Assembly: GCA_964592525.1 (NCBI GenBank)
Contig: CAZQFB010000001.1
Coordinates: forward strand, 65,419 to 129,418
Length of the DNA stretch: 64,000 nucleotides
Reading direction: 5' to 3'
From: an uncultured Candidatus Saccharibacteria bacterium
GTDB taxonomy: Bacteria; Patescibacteriota; WWE3; CAZQFB01
Made by a program: the position numbers and the translations under genes. The notes beneath the pieces are model-generated. The model was not told the DNA's origin. It searched no databases and saw only the letters and a program-made list of their open reading frames with translations. Positions 9,139 to 18,536 of the stretch are shown one piece after another (position 1 is the first letter of the stretch; every line of letters starts with the position of its first letter).

Positions 9139-10113
9139 CTAGTCTTCTTCAGAGGGAAGATCGGCTATTCTGGTGGGTATTTTGTTGAACATCTCTTGCG
9201 TGATCGTAAACACACGTTCATCCCCTTCCTTTTGCAGATAGTATTTGGTGTTATCTTGCGGGTTCCCGTTGGTAATGATGTTACCGACCAAAATAGTGGT
9301 GTCTTGCTCGTTCGCCGTGATAATAAATCTTTTAGCTGGGCTGTTAAATCCGGTTAATTCTTCTTCAAGACCTAAATTAACATCAACTGCTTTAAAGTTA
9401 CTCAACAGGGTGAGAAGAGGTGTCATGGCAGTTTCAGAAAGTTCTACTCTCAATGGTTTAGTGATTACCCATTTATCTTCTTGTCTTTCAACTACTAAGC
9501 CATTGCCATTTTCGCGACCCTCTATTTTAGCGATACTGTCTTTTCCTATGGTAAGTATTGTTAAGTCTCTCAACTCTGGTTGGTTAAAAGTCTGTCTGAT
9601 ATTTTCTGGATAAAGATAGACATAGGGCTCTCCCGCCTTTCTAATATAAGTGCTTAAAAAATCGGGACCAGCTTTACCCACGTAAAAATCAGCAATCACT
9701 TCGTCTTTGTTGTTAATACTTACTTTAATGCCCTTTTCATCAACCCCAAATTGCGCTTGATTAATTTCATTTTTGGAGACCAGCTCGGTTCTTTCAAGGG
9801 ATAAACTTTTGTTAATAATAGCTTCAATTAACAACTGATCAGCGGGAACATTATTGCTGGTTTCCACCAACCATTGCTCATCTTTTAGAGTGACTTTTTG
9901 TTCCAGGTTATTAATGATTATGGAAAGTTGGTTAATTTCTTGTTTATCATTGGTATTCAAGAAAGGAGTAGCTTTATCTGCTCTAATTATGTGAAAAGGA
10001 TCTTTAATTAGAATAATCATTAAGACTATTACTACTAAAGCACCAGAGAGCAAGTAGGTGGTGGTAATATTTGACGGCTTGGTTATATCTAGTTTTAAAT
10101 TATTCAAATACAT
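9139..10113 (-). CDS. Membrane-anchored DUF4340-like protein (two repeats)
   Basis: N-terminal TM; two repeats with W..PAD/..FG..VG..Y patterns; usual partner of Gld-type ABC systems. Confidence 0.75.
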   Translation of the reverse strand: MYLNNLKLDITKPSNITTTYLLSGALVVIVLMIILIKDPFHIIRADKATPFLNTNDKQEINQLSIIINNLEQKVTLKDEQWLVETSNNVPADQLLIEAIINKSLSLERTELVSKNEINQAQFGVDEKGIKVSINNKDEVIADFYVGKAGPDFLSTYIRKAGEPYVYLYPENIRQTFNQPELRDLTILTIGKDSIAKIEGRENGNGLVVERQEDKWVITKPLRVELSETAMTPLLTLLSNFKAVDVNLGLEEELTGFNSPAKRFIITANEQDTTILVGNIITNGNPQDNTKYYLQKEGDERVFTITQEMFNKIPTRIADLPSEED

Positions 10114-12346
10114 ACTTTTTTTTAGCCCGATAACGAGCTCTTACTATGCCAATGGTTAATATTACTAAGATTGGCATCACCATATTAATCAGTTTAATTT
10201 TATTGGTTTGGGTTTCAGTGTTGAAATTAATGAGCGGACGATTTAAATTGGCCTTACTTCTGATACCGATTAATCTTTCATCCTGGGTCATATAATCTAA
10301 GACATTAAGCGTAAAGATAAAGTTACTTTGCGTTCGTTGCAGCATTGAAGGCTCTAAGAAGTTGGCGTCGCCCACGACCATGATTTTGGCTGTTGGATTT
10401 TCCGTGTCTAGAGTGTACTCCTTTTCACCCAAATGGGCTGGGATATCTTCCGTTTTGAATTGAGTGGTATAGCCTCCTGTATAGAGAGCGGCTAATGTAT
10501 AGGGTCCCGCTAAGTCTTCTCTCTTAAAATTTTGTTCCGGAGAAAGGTTAAAAGGTTCTTCTTGGAGAAAACTTTCCTTTGATGATTCCAAGATAGGTAT
10601 TAAGTTTTCTTTATCCGGTGTTAACTCCAAACTACTGACCCAAGGTAACGTAACCGTATCTAATCTGTTTACCGTAATATGTTCCTTCATTCCCTCACCA
10701 ACAACTTTAACCCAAAAAGGGTAGGGGGTGATGATATTCCCAAAACCAGTATTGAAAGTGGCCAGATCTGCTGAAGAATCTAAAACGAGTTTATTGGTTA
10801 AGCCCACCCCAATTTGCTCTAGTAACTGATCCAAACCAGTATTATGGGGTGTAGCCGTAAGGTCATTAGCTACCGCCACACCTTCGGTGGTAATTAACAA
10901 ACCAGTGCCTCTAGTGACTAATTGGTCTAATGTAAATATTTCGTCTTTGGAAAGATCGGTTGGGTTGTGGATGATAATAGCCTTGAGGGCATCGGTGGTG
11001 GGGTTTAAAGACGTGAGCTCGATAAGTTGGGTCGTGTAGAGAGTAGAAAATAGTTCTTGGAGGTCTTGAGCAGTTTCTAAATTAGAGGAGAAGATACCTA
11101 CTACCGGATCAGTTTCCCTTAATAATCTTGTGGTAGCAGCTATGATCTCATATTCTAAGTTATTGGTATTGTTAATTACAGGTAGAACTTCTTTTTTATC
11201 AGCATAGGTAATAAGCATCCCCAAATAGCCGTTACTAACTTGAAAGCGGTCTCTTTCAATTTCATTAAATTGGAGAAGCGGTATGCCTAAGGTTTGTGTT
11301 TCTTGGGCGATAGTAGCTTTTTCTGCTACGTTGATATTTTTAATCACTAAATTACCTTCCGCACTATTTTGCATATCTTGAAGGAGGTCGGCAGCTTGTT
11401 GTTTGACTAAAGCATATTGAGGGGGTAGCTCCGGAGAAAAATAAGTATTAATACTAATAATATCGGGTAATTCTTTGAGGATATTTATTGTTTCTGGAGA
11501 AAGCGAGTTTTGTTTATTTTCGGTTAAATCCCATCTTAGCGGAGATAGGAACACCAAATAATTAAAAGCTAAAGCTAAAGCCAGAATGAGGGCAGCTTGT
11601 ATAGTTGTACTGTGCCAGAAAGAGTGAGTTGTTCTTTTCGTGCGCATGCTAAGTACAACAACATTAAGAGTAATAAATACAATTACTAAAGAAGTGAAAT
11701 AACTAATGTCTCTAAGATCTAATAAGCCTCTTAAACCATTTTCATAATGTGAGGCGGCACCCAGAAATACCGCTATTACTTGAATTATTTCTGGTAGTTG
11801 ACTGGTGATTAAAGTAGAACCCAAAAGATAAATAACGATCGCTAATATTAAGCTGATCATAAAAGCAGCTATCTGATTCTGGGTCAAAGAAGATATTAAT
11901 TGACCTAAAGCTACTAAAGTGGCACTAAATAAGAGAAGGTAAATATATCCAGAAAAAACCGTTCCCCAGCTAAGATTACCTAAAAGAGAAATGCTGAAAG
12001 GAATACTGAACGTCAGGATGACGGTCAGGAATAAGAACAGAAAACAGCCTATAAATTTACCCGCTACTGCTTGAATATTGGTGATAGGTAATGTTAGTAA
12101 CTGCTCGATCGTGCCAGATTTATTTTCCTCCGCCCACAGTCTCATCGTTAATGCCGGGATCATAATTAACAGTAACCAAGGAGCAATATTGAAAAATTCT
12201 CTCATGGAGGCTTGGTTCTGGATAAAAAAGCTGGTCCAAAACAACCAGTTGGTAAATAAAAAGAAGACACTTACAAAAATATATGCGGTGGGTGAATTAA
12301 AATAAAAATTGATTTCCCTTTTAGTTAAAGTTAAAACGGTTTTCAT
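10100..12346 (-). CDS. GldF-like ABC-2 permease fused to a GldG/GIFT-like extracytoplasmic domain
   Basis: REINFYFNSPTAY, PALTMRLWAEENKSGTIEQLLTLP; then RWDLTENKQNSLS, LEYEI, VVGDANFL, C-terminal TM. Confidence 0.88.
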   Translation of the reverse strand: MKTVLTLTKREINFYFNSPTAYIFVSVFFLFTNWLFWTSFFIQNQASMREFFNIAPWLLLIMIPALTMRLWAEENKSGTIEQLLTLPITNIQAVAGKFIGCFLFLFLTVILTFSIPFSISLLGNLSWGTVFSGYIYLLLFSATLVALGQLISSLTQNQIAAFMISLILAIVIYLLGSTLITSQLPEIIQVIAVFLGAASHYENGLRGLLDLRDISYFTSLVIVFITLNVVVLSMRTKRTTHSFWHSTTIQAALILALALAFNYLVFLSPLRWDLTENKQNSLSPETINILKELPDIISINTYFSPELPPQYALVKQQAADLLQDMQNSAEGNLVIKNINVAEKATIAQETQTLGIPLLQFNEIERDRFQVSNGYLGMLITYADKKEVLPVINNTNNLEYEIIAATTRLLRETDPVVGIFSSNLETAQDLQELFSTLYTTQLIELTSLNPTTDALKAIIIHNPTDLSKDEIFTLDQLVTRGTGLLITTEGVAVANDLTATPHNTGLDQLLEQIGVGLTNKLVLDSSADLATFNTGFGNIITPYPFWVKVVGEGMKEHITVNRLDTVTLPWVSSLELTPDKENLIPILESSKESFLQEEPFNLSPEQNFKREDLAGPYTLAALYTGGYTTQFKTEDIPAHLGEKEYTLDTENPTAKIMVVGDANFLEPSMLQRTQSNFIFTLNVLDYMTQDERLIGIRSKANLNRPLINFNTETQTNKIKLINMVMPILVILTIGIVRARYRAKKKYVFE

Positions 12347-13272
12347 GATTCTTTGGTAGTCAGGTTATGAAAAGTATCTTCTAATGAAGCTTGTTCTTCA
12401 TGTAATTCTAATAATTCAGCTTGGCAATTAACAGCTAGTTTGAAGATTTCGGTTCTGATATCTTCCTGGGAATTAACCTGATATCTAGTTATGCCCTTGC
12501 TGTCCTTTAATTCTTTAATTACAGTGACTCCTTTGAGCTGACCTAACTTATCTTTAGATAAACTGCCTTCCCGCCCTATTTTTATAGATAGAGTGTGCAT
12601 TCCGGAAGATTTTTTCTGTAATTCTTCGAGCGATCCTTCAGCCACAATAGTTCCTTGGTTAATAATTATGACCCGATTACATAAGGCAGCTGCTTCCGGC
12701 AGAATATGAGTACTGATGACAATTGTTTTGGTTTTTCCAATCTCTTTGATTAAATTTCGTATTTCCACAATTTGGTTGGGGTCCAGACCGGCAGTGGGTT
12801 CATCTAAAATTAAAATGTCAGGATTATGGATTAAGGTTTGGGCGAGCCCTAATCTTTGCCGATAACCTTTGGATAATACTGACACTGATTTATTGATGAC
12901 CTCTTTTATTCCGCAAATAGCTGCTACTCTCGTAATGGCGCTTTTGTGGTCTGGGGAGGGTATCTTTCTTAACGCCGCAATGAAATGGAGATATTCACTA
13001 ACCAGCATGTCGGTATAAAGAGGATTTTGTTCAGGTAAATAACCTAAAATCCTTTTTATCTGCAGAGGGTTTTTTTCGACAGTTAAATTATTTATTAATA
13101 CCTGACCTTTAGTGGGACTAATGTAACCAGTGATTATTCTCATGGTAGTTGTTTTACCAGCGCCATTAGGTCCTAAAAATCCCACAATTTCAGAGGGGGT
13201 AACTTTAAAAGAGATATCCTTCAGTACCGTTACTGGTCCAAAGTCTTTGCTGATATTAATAAGTTCAATCAT
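12343..13272 (-). CDS. GldA-like ABC transporter ATP-binding protein
   Basis: GPNGAGKTT, LSKGYRQR, ILDEPTAGLDPNQI, STH. Confidence 0.92.
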   Translation of the reverse strand: MIELINISKDFGPVTVLKDISFKVTPSEIVGFLGPNGAGKTTTMRIITGYISPTKGQVLINNLTVEKNPLQIKRILGYLPEQNPLYTDMLVSEYLHFIAALRKIPSPDHKSAITRVAAICGIKEVINKSVSVLSKGYRQRLGLAQTLIHNPDILILDEPTAGLDPNQIVEIRNLIKEIGKTKTIVISTHILPEAAALCNRVIIINQGTIVAEGSLEELQKKSSGMHTLSIKIGREGSLSKDKLGQLKGVTVIKELKDSKGITRYQVNSQEDIRTEIFKLAVNCQAELLELHEEQASLEDTFHNLTTKES

Positions 13273-13369
13273 TGCTAGGTTGGTATTTTAATTTTTTTCC
13301 CACTGTAATTCAAGCTTAACACACAAGATGTTTGCTGGGATTAATATCCCCTGCTACAATTTCAAAACG

Positions 13370-13630
13370 ATGAAACCACATCTTATTTTTGCCAATCCTC
13401 AAAGATGTACTGGTTGCGGTTTATGTTCTTTACACGCCTACCCCTTATTGAAAGGTCTTGGAGTTTTTTCTCTAGCCCTGTCGCCAATTATTGTGCAACG
13501 TTCCTCCCCTTCTACAGGGTATTATTTTACGGTGCATTTTGATGAAGCTTTAAGTCATGAGCTTTACTCATTGGTTAAAGTATGTCCTCGCGGTTGCTTT
13601 TCTTGGCAAGAGGGGTCTAAGGATGAGTGA
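13370..13630 (+). CDS. Small 4Fe-4S ferredoxin-like protein
   Basis: CTGCGLC ... VCPRG; start set at ATG 13370, downstream of TGCTACAAT. Confidence 0.7.
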   Translation: MKPHLIFANPQRCTGCGLCSLHAYPLLKGLGVFSLALSPIIVQRSSPSTGYYFTVHFDEALSHELYSLVKVCPRGCFSWQEGSKDE

Positions 13631-15275
13631 TATTACACAGCATCGGGTGTTGTACCTTGATCTGACTAATCATAGTAGTGAGATTAAGGTGCATTCAGAT
13701 TATTCTGATACCTTAGGTGGTCTTGGTTTAGCGATGGTCTTATTCCACGATTTAGTTGAGAAACAACCCATTATCATCAGCATTGGTCCTTTGACCGGGT
13801 TATTTCCATTTGCGAGTAGTACCTGTGCCCTATACACATCTCCTTTAACACACTCTGTGGGAGAAAGTTATGTTAATGGTTGGTGGGGTGCGTGTATGAA
13901 ATTTGCAAAGTTAGATGCTGTGGTGATTACAGGTGTATCTAAATATCCAGTTTATATTACTATCGCTGAAGATAAAGTTTATTTTAAAGACGCTTCCTTG
14001 CTCTGGGGTTTAGGTACTGGGGACGCTACTAACAAGCTTAGGGAAATGGAAGGTACTCCAGGAATAACTAGTATTGCCGTTATTGGTCAAGCTGGTGAGA
14101 AACAAGTGTGTTTTTCGGAGGTTGTGGTAGATGAAGTATATCGTTTTAAAAGATTTGGGTTGGGTTGCCAGTTTGGTATGAGAGGCTTGAAGGGTATAGT
14201 GTTGTCGGGTTTTGAGGAAATTAAGGTAGCTGATGCGGATAGGTATCAGCAGGTTTATTCTGAACTTAAGACGGCAGTTTTAAATGAGGGTGCCTCTAAA
14301 TTACTGCCTAATTTTATTAGCGAGATATCCTTAGCAGGCTTAAACTATCAACAAGAATGTGCTGGTTTACCTTTTAAAAATTTAAGTTCTACTCGGGCTG
14401 ATTGTTTTCTGGATATAAATAATTTCAACCAATTATTTTCTACCCAGCTGTTTTCTTCTTTTGGGGCACCTCTGCCTGATCTCTTGGCAGTGACCAGTGA
14501 TCGTAGTTGTATCCCCCTGGATTATGAAAGTATTGTGAGTTTGGGTTTTATGTTAGGGATAACCGATATTAAACATATTGTTCAGTTAATTAATACTGCT
14601 CATCAATACGGGTTAGATCCAGTGTCTTTAGGTGCTGCTTTAGCTTATCTTACCGAGTTAAAAGGAATTTCTTATGGTAAGGTTGAAGTTTATCAAACGC
14701 TGCTTGATAGCTTAGTGTCTAAACGAGAAGATTGGGCTATATTATTGAGTAAGGGTGTAATGGCAGCGGTTTCAGAATTTGGTGGTTTTGAGCACACCTT
14801 TATGTTAAATGGTATGGAAGCGGAACCTTTCCATAATGGTTACGCTACTCTTCTTTCGCAACTGTTAAACCCAGCTGTAACGTTAAGACAAGCTGAAGGC
14901 GAGCAAATTGATATTGGTTTGAGGGGTTGTGAGTTTAAAGACGAAGACTTGATCGATTTAATACATTCAAAAATTTTAGCTTCATACTTTTTTGATAGTT
15001 TATTAATTGATTACCCTGCTCGTTCTCTATATGCAGAAGGAGCTTTTGTGAGTAATGCTTTGCGGTCTGTTGGTTTATCTTATAGCCCAGAAAGAGTGGA
15101 AAAGATTATCTTGGGTTTGTATGATTTAAAGAGAGAATTGGTTGCTCAACTGCCACTTAAAATTAGGGACAGGAAATGGTCGCCCAGATTTTTTTCTACT
15201 CCTAGTGCTTATGGTATGTTACGCGAGGATAGAATGGTTAATTTAATTACTTTGTTCCAGAATAAATATCTATGA
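13623..15275 (+). CDS. Aldehyde:ferredoxin oxidoreductase (AOR)-family protein, degenerate cofactor motifs
   Basis: VLYLDLT, GPLTG, SPLT, DAVVITG, DASLLWG, IGQAGE, GLG..FG..GLKGI, DYES, YGLDPVSLG; Fe-S cysteines appear replaced. Confidence 0.8.
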   Translation: MSDITQHRVLYLDLTNHSSEIKVHSDYSDTLGGLGLAMVLFHDLVEKQPIIISIGPLTGLFPFASSTCALYTSPLTHSVGESYVNGWWGACMKFAKLDAVVITGVSKYPVYITIAEDKVYFKDASLLWGLGTGDATNKLREMEGTPGITSIAVIGQAGEKQVCFSEVVVDEVYRFKRFGLGCQFGMRGLKGIVLSGFEEIKVADADRYQQVYSELKTAVLNEGASKLLPNFISEISLAGLNYQQECAGLPFKNLSSTRADCFLDINNFNQLFSTQLFSSFGAPLPDLLAVTSDRSCIPLDYESIVSLGFMLGITDIKHIVQLINTAHQYGLDPVSLGAALAYLTELKGISYGKVEVYQTLLDSLVSKREDWAILLSKGVMAAVSEFGGFEHTFMLNGMEAEPFHNGYATLLSQLLNPAVTLRQAEGEQIDIGLRGCEFKDEDLIDLIHSKILASYFFDSLLIDYPARSLYAEGAFVSNALRSVGLSYSPERVEKIILGLYDLKRELVAQLPLKIRDRKWSPRFFSTPSAYGMLREDRMVNLITLFQNKYL

Positions 15276-16300
15276 TTCGAGGTGACCGTCGGCAAATAAA
15301 TTTTAAAATAGTTGTGGTTATTCTTGCTTTATTGTTATTGGTTGTTTTGGTGCTCATTAAAAGAGACCCCCTTGGCTTTGTTCTATCCCCACTAAAAGTG
15401 TTTTCTAAATTATCTGGGGAAGCTTCACTGGTAGAAAAAGAAGGCTATACTCACATCTTATTGGTGGGATTAGACCGTCGTATGACGGATATGACTCCAG
15501 GTGGTCTGAATGATACTTTGGTTGTTGCGTCTATTAGTCCGGAAAAGCAAAGAATTGTGCTGACCACAATACCAAGAGATCTTTGGGTACCAATGAGTGG
15601 TGATTATCAAGGAAAAATAAACTCTGCCTTTGGTTATGGGGGAATTGAAGAAGTTATTAATGTTGTTCGAGGAATATTGGGTATTCCCATTCATTATTAT
15701 GTTTCTGTTGATTTTAAAGGTTTTAAAATGGGAGTTGATATTTTGGGGGGATTAGATGTATATGTCGAGCAATCCTTTGATGATTATAAGTTTCCGATAG
15801 AAGGAAAAGAAGATGCTCCAGAAGAAGCTGATCGTTATGAACACATTCATTTTGATCGTGGTTGGCAGCATATGGATGGTGAAACAGCCCTCCGCTTTGC
15901 GCGTTCCAGAAATGCGGTTGGTCCGGAAGGATCTGATTTTGCACGAAGCGAACGCCAAAAGAAAGTGCTTCTGGCAGCGAAGGAAAAAGCTTTATCTGCT
16001 TCTACGCTGTTTAATCCGGTTAAATTAAAAGAACTGTATGAATTATTTGGAGCTACAGTTGGCACAGATATCACGATCAGTGAAGTGCAAAGCTTATACC
16101 AGTTGGTTCGGGAGATACCTAACGAAAATATTCTTTCCGTGACTGTTGATCATACTTCCAGTTCAGGTCAACGGTTTTTGTATACACCACAAGATTTAAT
16201 GCCTTATGATGGCGCGTGGGTTTTAGTGCCTACTGTTGGTGATTTTAGCGAAATCCAAGAATATCTTAAGCAACTTCTTTTTACAGAATATTCTAATTAA
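15272..16300 (+). CDS. LCP (LytR-CpsA-Psr) family glycopolymer ligase
   Basis: N-terminal TM, ILLVGLD, IPRDLWV, KINSAF, MDGETALRFARSR, SDFARSERQ. Confidence 0.92.
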   Translation: MIRGDRRQINFKIVVVILALLLLVVLVLIKRDPLGFVLSPLKVFSKLSGEASLVEKEGYTHILLVGLDRRMTDMTPGGLNDTLVVASISPEKQRIVLTTIPRDLWVPMSGDYQGKINSAFGYGGIEEVINVVRGILGIPIHYYVSVDFKGFKMGVDILGGLDVYVEQSFDDYKFPIEGKEDAPEEADRYEHIHFDRGWQHMDGETALRFARSRNAVGPEGSDFARSERQKKVLLAAKEKALSASTLFNPVKLKELYELFGATVGTDITISEVQSLYQLVREIPNENILSVTVDHTSSSGQRFLYTPQDLMPYDGAWVLVPTVGDFSEIQEYLKQLLFTEYSN

Positions 16301-16987
16301 ATGTTGTATCTCTATCACGGAGCTGATCCAACTATCAGTCGACGTTTATTAACCGATTTTATCTCTGGGCATGAGCAGAAAAACCCACTACGCCTAGCTG
16401 TTACTGATGTAACATTATCGGCGCTGAAAGAGGTGTTACTACCCCAGCCGATGTTTGGGCAAAAGACACTTCTTATAATTGAAGGCGACCCAGTCAAAAT
16501 TAAAGAGGAAATGCTCTCTTTTCTGGCGACTCCTTCTCCACATGCCGATGTTGTTTTTTGGTTTAGTGATAAGTTAGGGAAAACAGATCAGTTATTTAAA
16601 TTAATCGCTCAAAGAGGGCAGGTGTTTGAAGGAAATGGTGCTGCGGTGCCAGAAGAAATATTTTCTTTTTTAGATAAAGTGTCGCAAAGAGATAAAGTGG
16701 CTATGCAACAAGAGCTGTTATTACTTACCCAACAAGGGTCAGAAGCATATTATTTACTAAGCATGATTATTTGGCAGTATCGTAATCTTCTTGGTGCTCA
16801 CTTTGATACTAAATATATGCGCACTATCCATCCCTATGTTCTCAAAAAAGCTAAAACTGCTCAAAAAAAATTTACTCGTCAAGAACTCTTGCGTCATTAT
16901 CAGTTTTTGTTAGAGTGTGATCGCCTTATTAAGCATGGTACTCTTAGTAGGGATGATGCAATTTTTTCTTTATTATTGAAGTTATGA
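16301..16987 (+). CDS. holA: DNA polymerase III delta subunit (short form)
   Basis: MLYLYHGAD start, PMFG, IFSFLD, LSMIIWQYRNL, HPYVLKK, DRLIKHG. Confidence 0.75.
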   Translation: MLYLYHGADPTISRRLLTDFISGHEQKNPLRLAVTDVTLSALKEVLLPQPMFGQKTLLIIEGDPVKIKEEMLSFLATPSPHADVVFWFSDKLGKTDQLFKLIAQRGQVFEGNGAAVPEEIFSFLDKVSQRDKVAMQQELLLLTQQGSEAYYLLSMIIWQYRNLLGAHFDTKYMRTIHPYVLKKAKTAQKKFTRQELLRHYQFLLECDRLIKHGTLSRDDAIFSLLLKL

Positions 16988-17682
16988 TGGAAGTAACAAG
17001 ATACATTAAAAGGACCCCACGTGATTTGGTGGTAGCCGAAAAAAGGAAGGTTCGATATTTCATTAATTTGTTTAGCTCTGTGCTTTTCTTTATGGGTTTG
17101 GTGGTGTTAACTTATCAGTATGTTTCTCCTTTGCAAAGTATGGCTTCCAAAGCAGTTCACCTTAGACCTGTTCCCGATGAGTATTTAAATCAGCTAATCT
17201 CCAGTCACAGGGATTTTGCTTTTTTGGAGTTGCAGAATGAGTTGGAATATCTGGAGGGTAATTACCCACCTGAATTTTCTCTTAGTATTCCGAATTTAGA
17301 GCTTTATGACCTGCGCGTGGAGACCAACAGTCATTCTCTTTCGCCTAATGAGGCTCTAGGTCATTTATCGGGTAGTGCTTATCCTGGTCGTGTGGGGAAA
17401 GTAGTTATTTATGGTCATTCAACGATACCTTTTTTGTTTGACTCCAAGGATTATCGAACCGTTTTTTCTCGCCTTGATAAATTAAATACTGGTAACCTAA
17501 TAACCGTTGATTTTGCCGGGCAGGTTTATACTTATATTGTTAAATCAAACCAAATAAGCCTGCCACAGGAACTAAATTTAAACTCTTTTTCTCGTAATCA
17601 GAGTAACTTGGTACTAATTACTTGTTATCCTTTTGGGTCAACAGAGCAACGGTTGGTAGTGGTTGCTGACTTAGTTAATTAG
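16984..17682 (+). CDS. Sortase
   Basis: TM anchor, LSIPNL, YGHS (His), LITC (Cys), QRLVV (Arg). Confidence 0.9.
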   Translation: MMEVTRYIKRTPRDLVVAEKRKVRYFINLFSSVLFFMGLVVLTYQYVSPLQSMASKAVHLRPVPDEYLNQLISSHRDFAFLELQNELEYLEGNYPPEFSLSIPNLELYDLRVETNSHSLSPNEALGHLSGSAYPGRVGKVVIYGHSTIPFLFDSKDYRTVFSRLDKLNTGNLITVDFAGQVYTYIVKSNQISLPQELNLNSFSRNQSNLVLITCYPFGSTEQRLVVVADLVN

Positions 17683-18536
17683 AGGACGGCTAATTTTAAC
17701 AATTGTTTTCTAAGCCACACTTTAGCTGCAGAATCTCTTTTTTGTACTACGCCCAGGTTAATATTGATTCCCTTGACTAGGTCTTGCTTGGTTAAATCTT
17801 CAATACGTCCTTGAGGCGTTAACTTGATTGTGGGAGAAGGTTGTGATTGCTTGGTATTGATTATAATACTGGCTGTTTCCTCATTGACTCCTATCGCGGA
17901 AATCTCTAATTGATCTGTTTCGTGGGAATAAAAAAAAGGTCCCAGCCAGTTATTAGTGAGGGCGTCTTGGAGATTAATGGAGTAAATCCCTTCTGGGTTA
18001 GTGATAGCTGATAATTGGGAGGAAATACCAGACGTGCCTTGAGCATCAGCATCTTTGATGACCAAATAGACTAAAGCGTTTTCTACCGGTTCATTAGTTA
18101 TATCAATAACTTGACCGAAAACGCGATGTGGCTCCCCCAGATTATTTTTGAAAGCTGTTTTGATCATTGATGTTTTTGATATTTCGTATTGCTGTTTACC
18201 TACGCCAATCAACACCTCATAGACAGTGTTTGGTTGGAGCCCATCAATAGTGAGATGGTGGTTAGTGGCAAGATAGGGAGAAAAATCTTCCCATTGTTGG
18301 TTGTTATTAGTGAGGGTTAGATAACCAGTAGTTGGAATTTCTGTATGCCAAGATACGGTAAGAGCAGTGGCGGTCACGTTGGTTATTCTGACATGACCGG
18401 GTTTTTGGGTAACGTTAGCGGAGGTAAAAAGAATAAGCGCGGTTTTTCCCACGCGGGCAACTGCAAAAGTACCCAGTCCGAGAAAAACTAAAATAAGAAA
18501 AGTTTTAAATCCTTTTTGGGGTGGTTCATAGTTCAT
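17679..18536 (-). CDS. Membrane-anchored FN3-like + carboxypeptidase-regulatory-like domain protein
   Basis: TM; ITNVTATALTVSWHT..HHLTIDGLQPNTVY; VFGQVID..PVENALVY..TNPEGIYSI. Confidence 0.7.
   Translation of the reverse strand: MNYEPPQKGFKTFLILVFLGLGTFAVARVGKTALILFTSANVTQKPGHVRITNVTATALTVSWHTEIPTTGYLTLTNNNQQWEDFSPYLATNHHLTIDGLQPNTVYEVLIGVGKQQYEISKTSMIKTAFKNNLGEPHRVFGQVIDITNEPVENALVYLVIKDADAQGTSGISSQLSAITNPEGIYSINLQDALTNNWLGPFFYSHETDQLEISAIGVNEETASIIINTKQSQPSPTIKLTPQGRIEDLTKQDLVKGININLGVVQKRDSAAKVWLRKQLLKLAVL

Noticed and set aside
9139-13272. Gliding motility
   Set aside because: GldAFG-like ABC modules occur widely outside gliding bacteria; no gldKLMN or spr genes are present here
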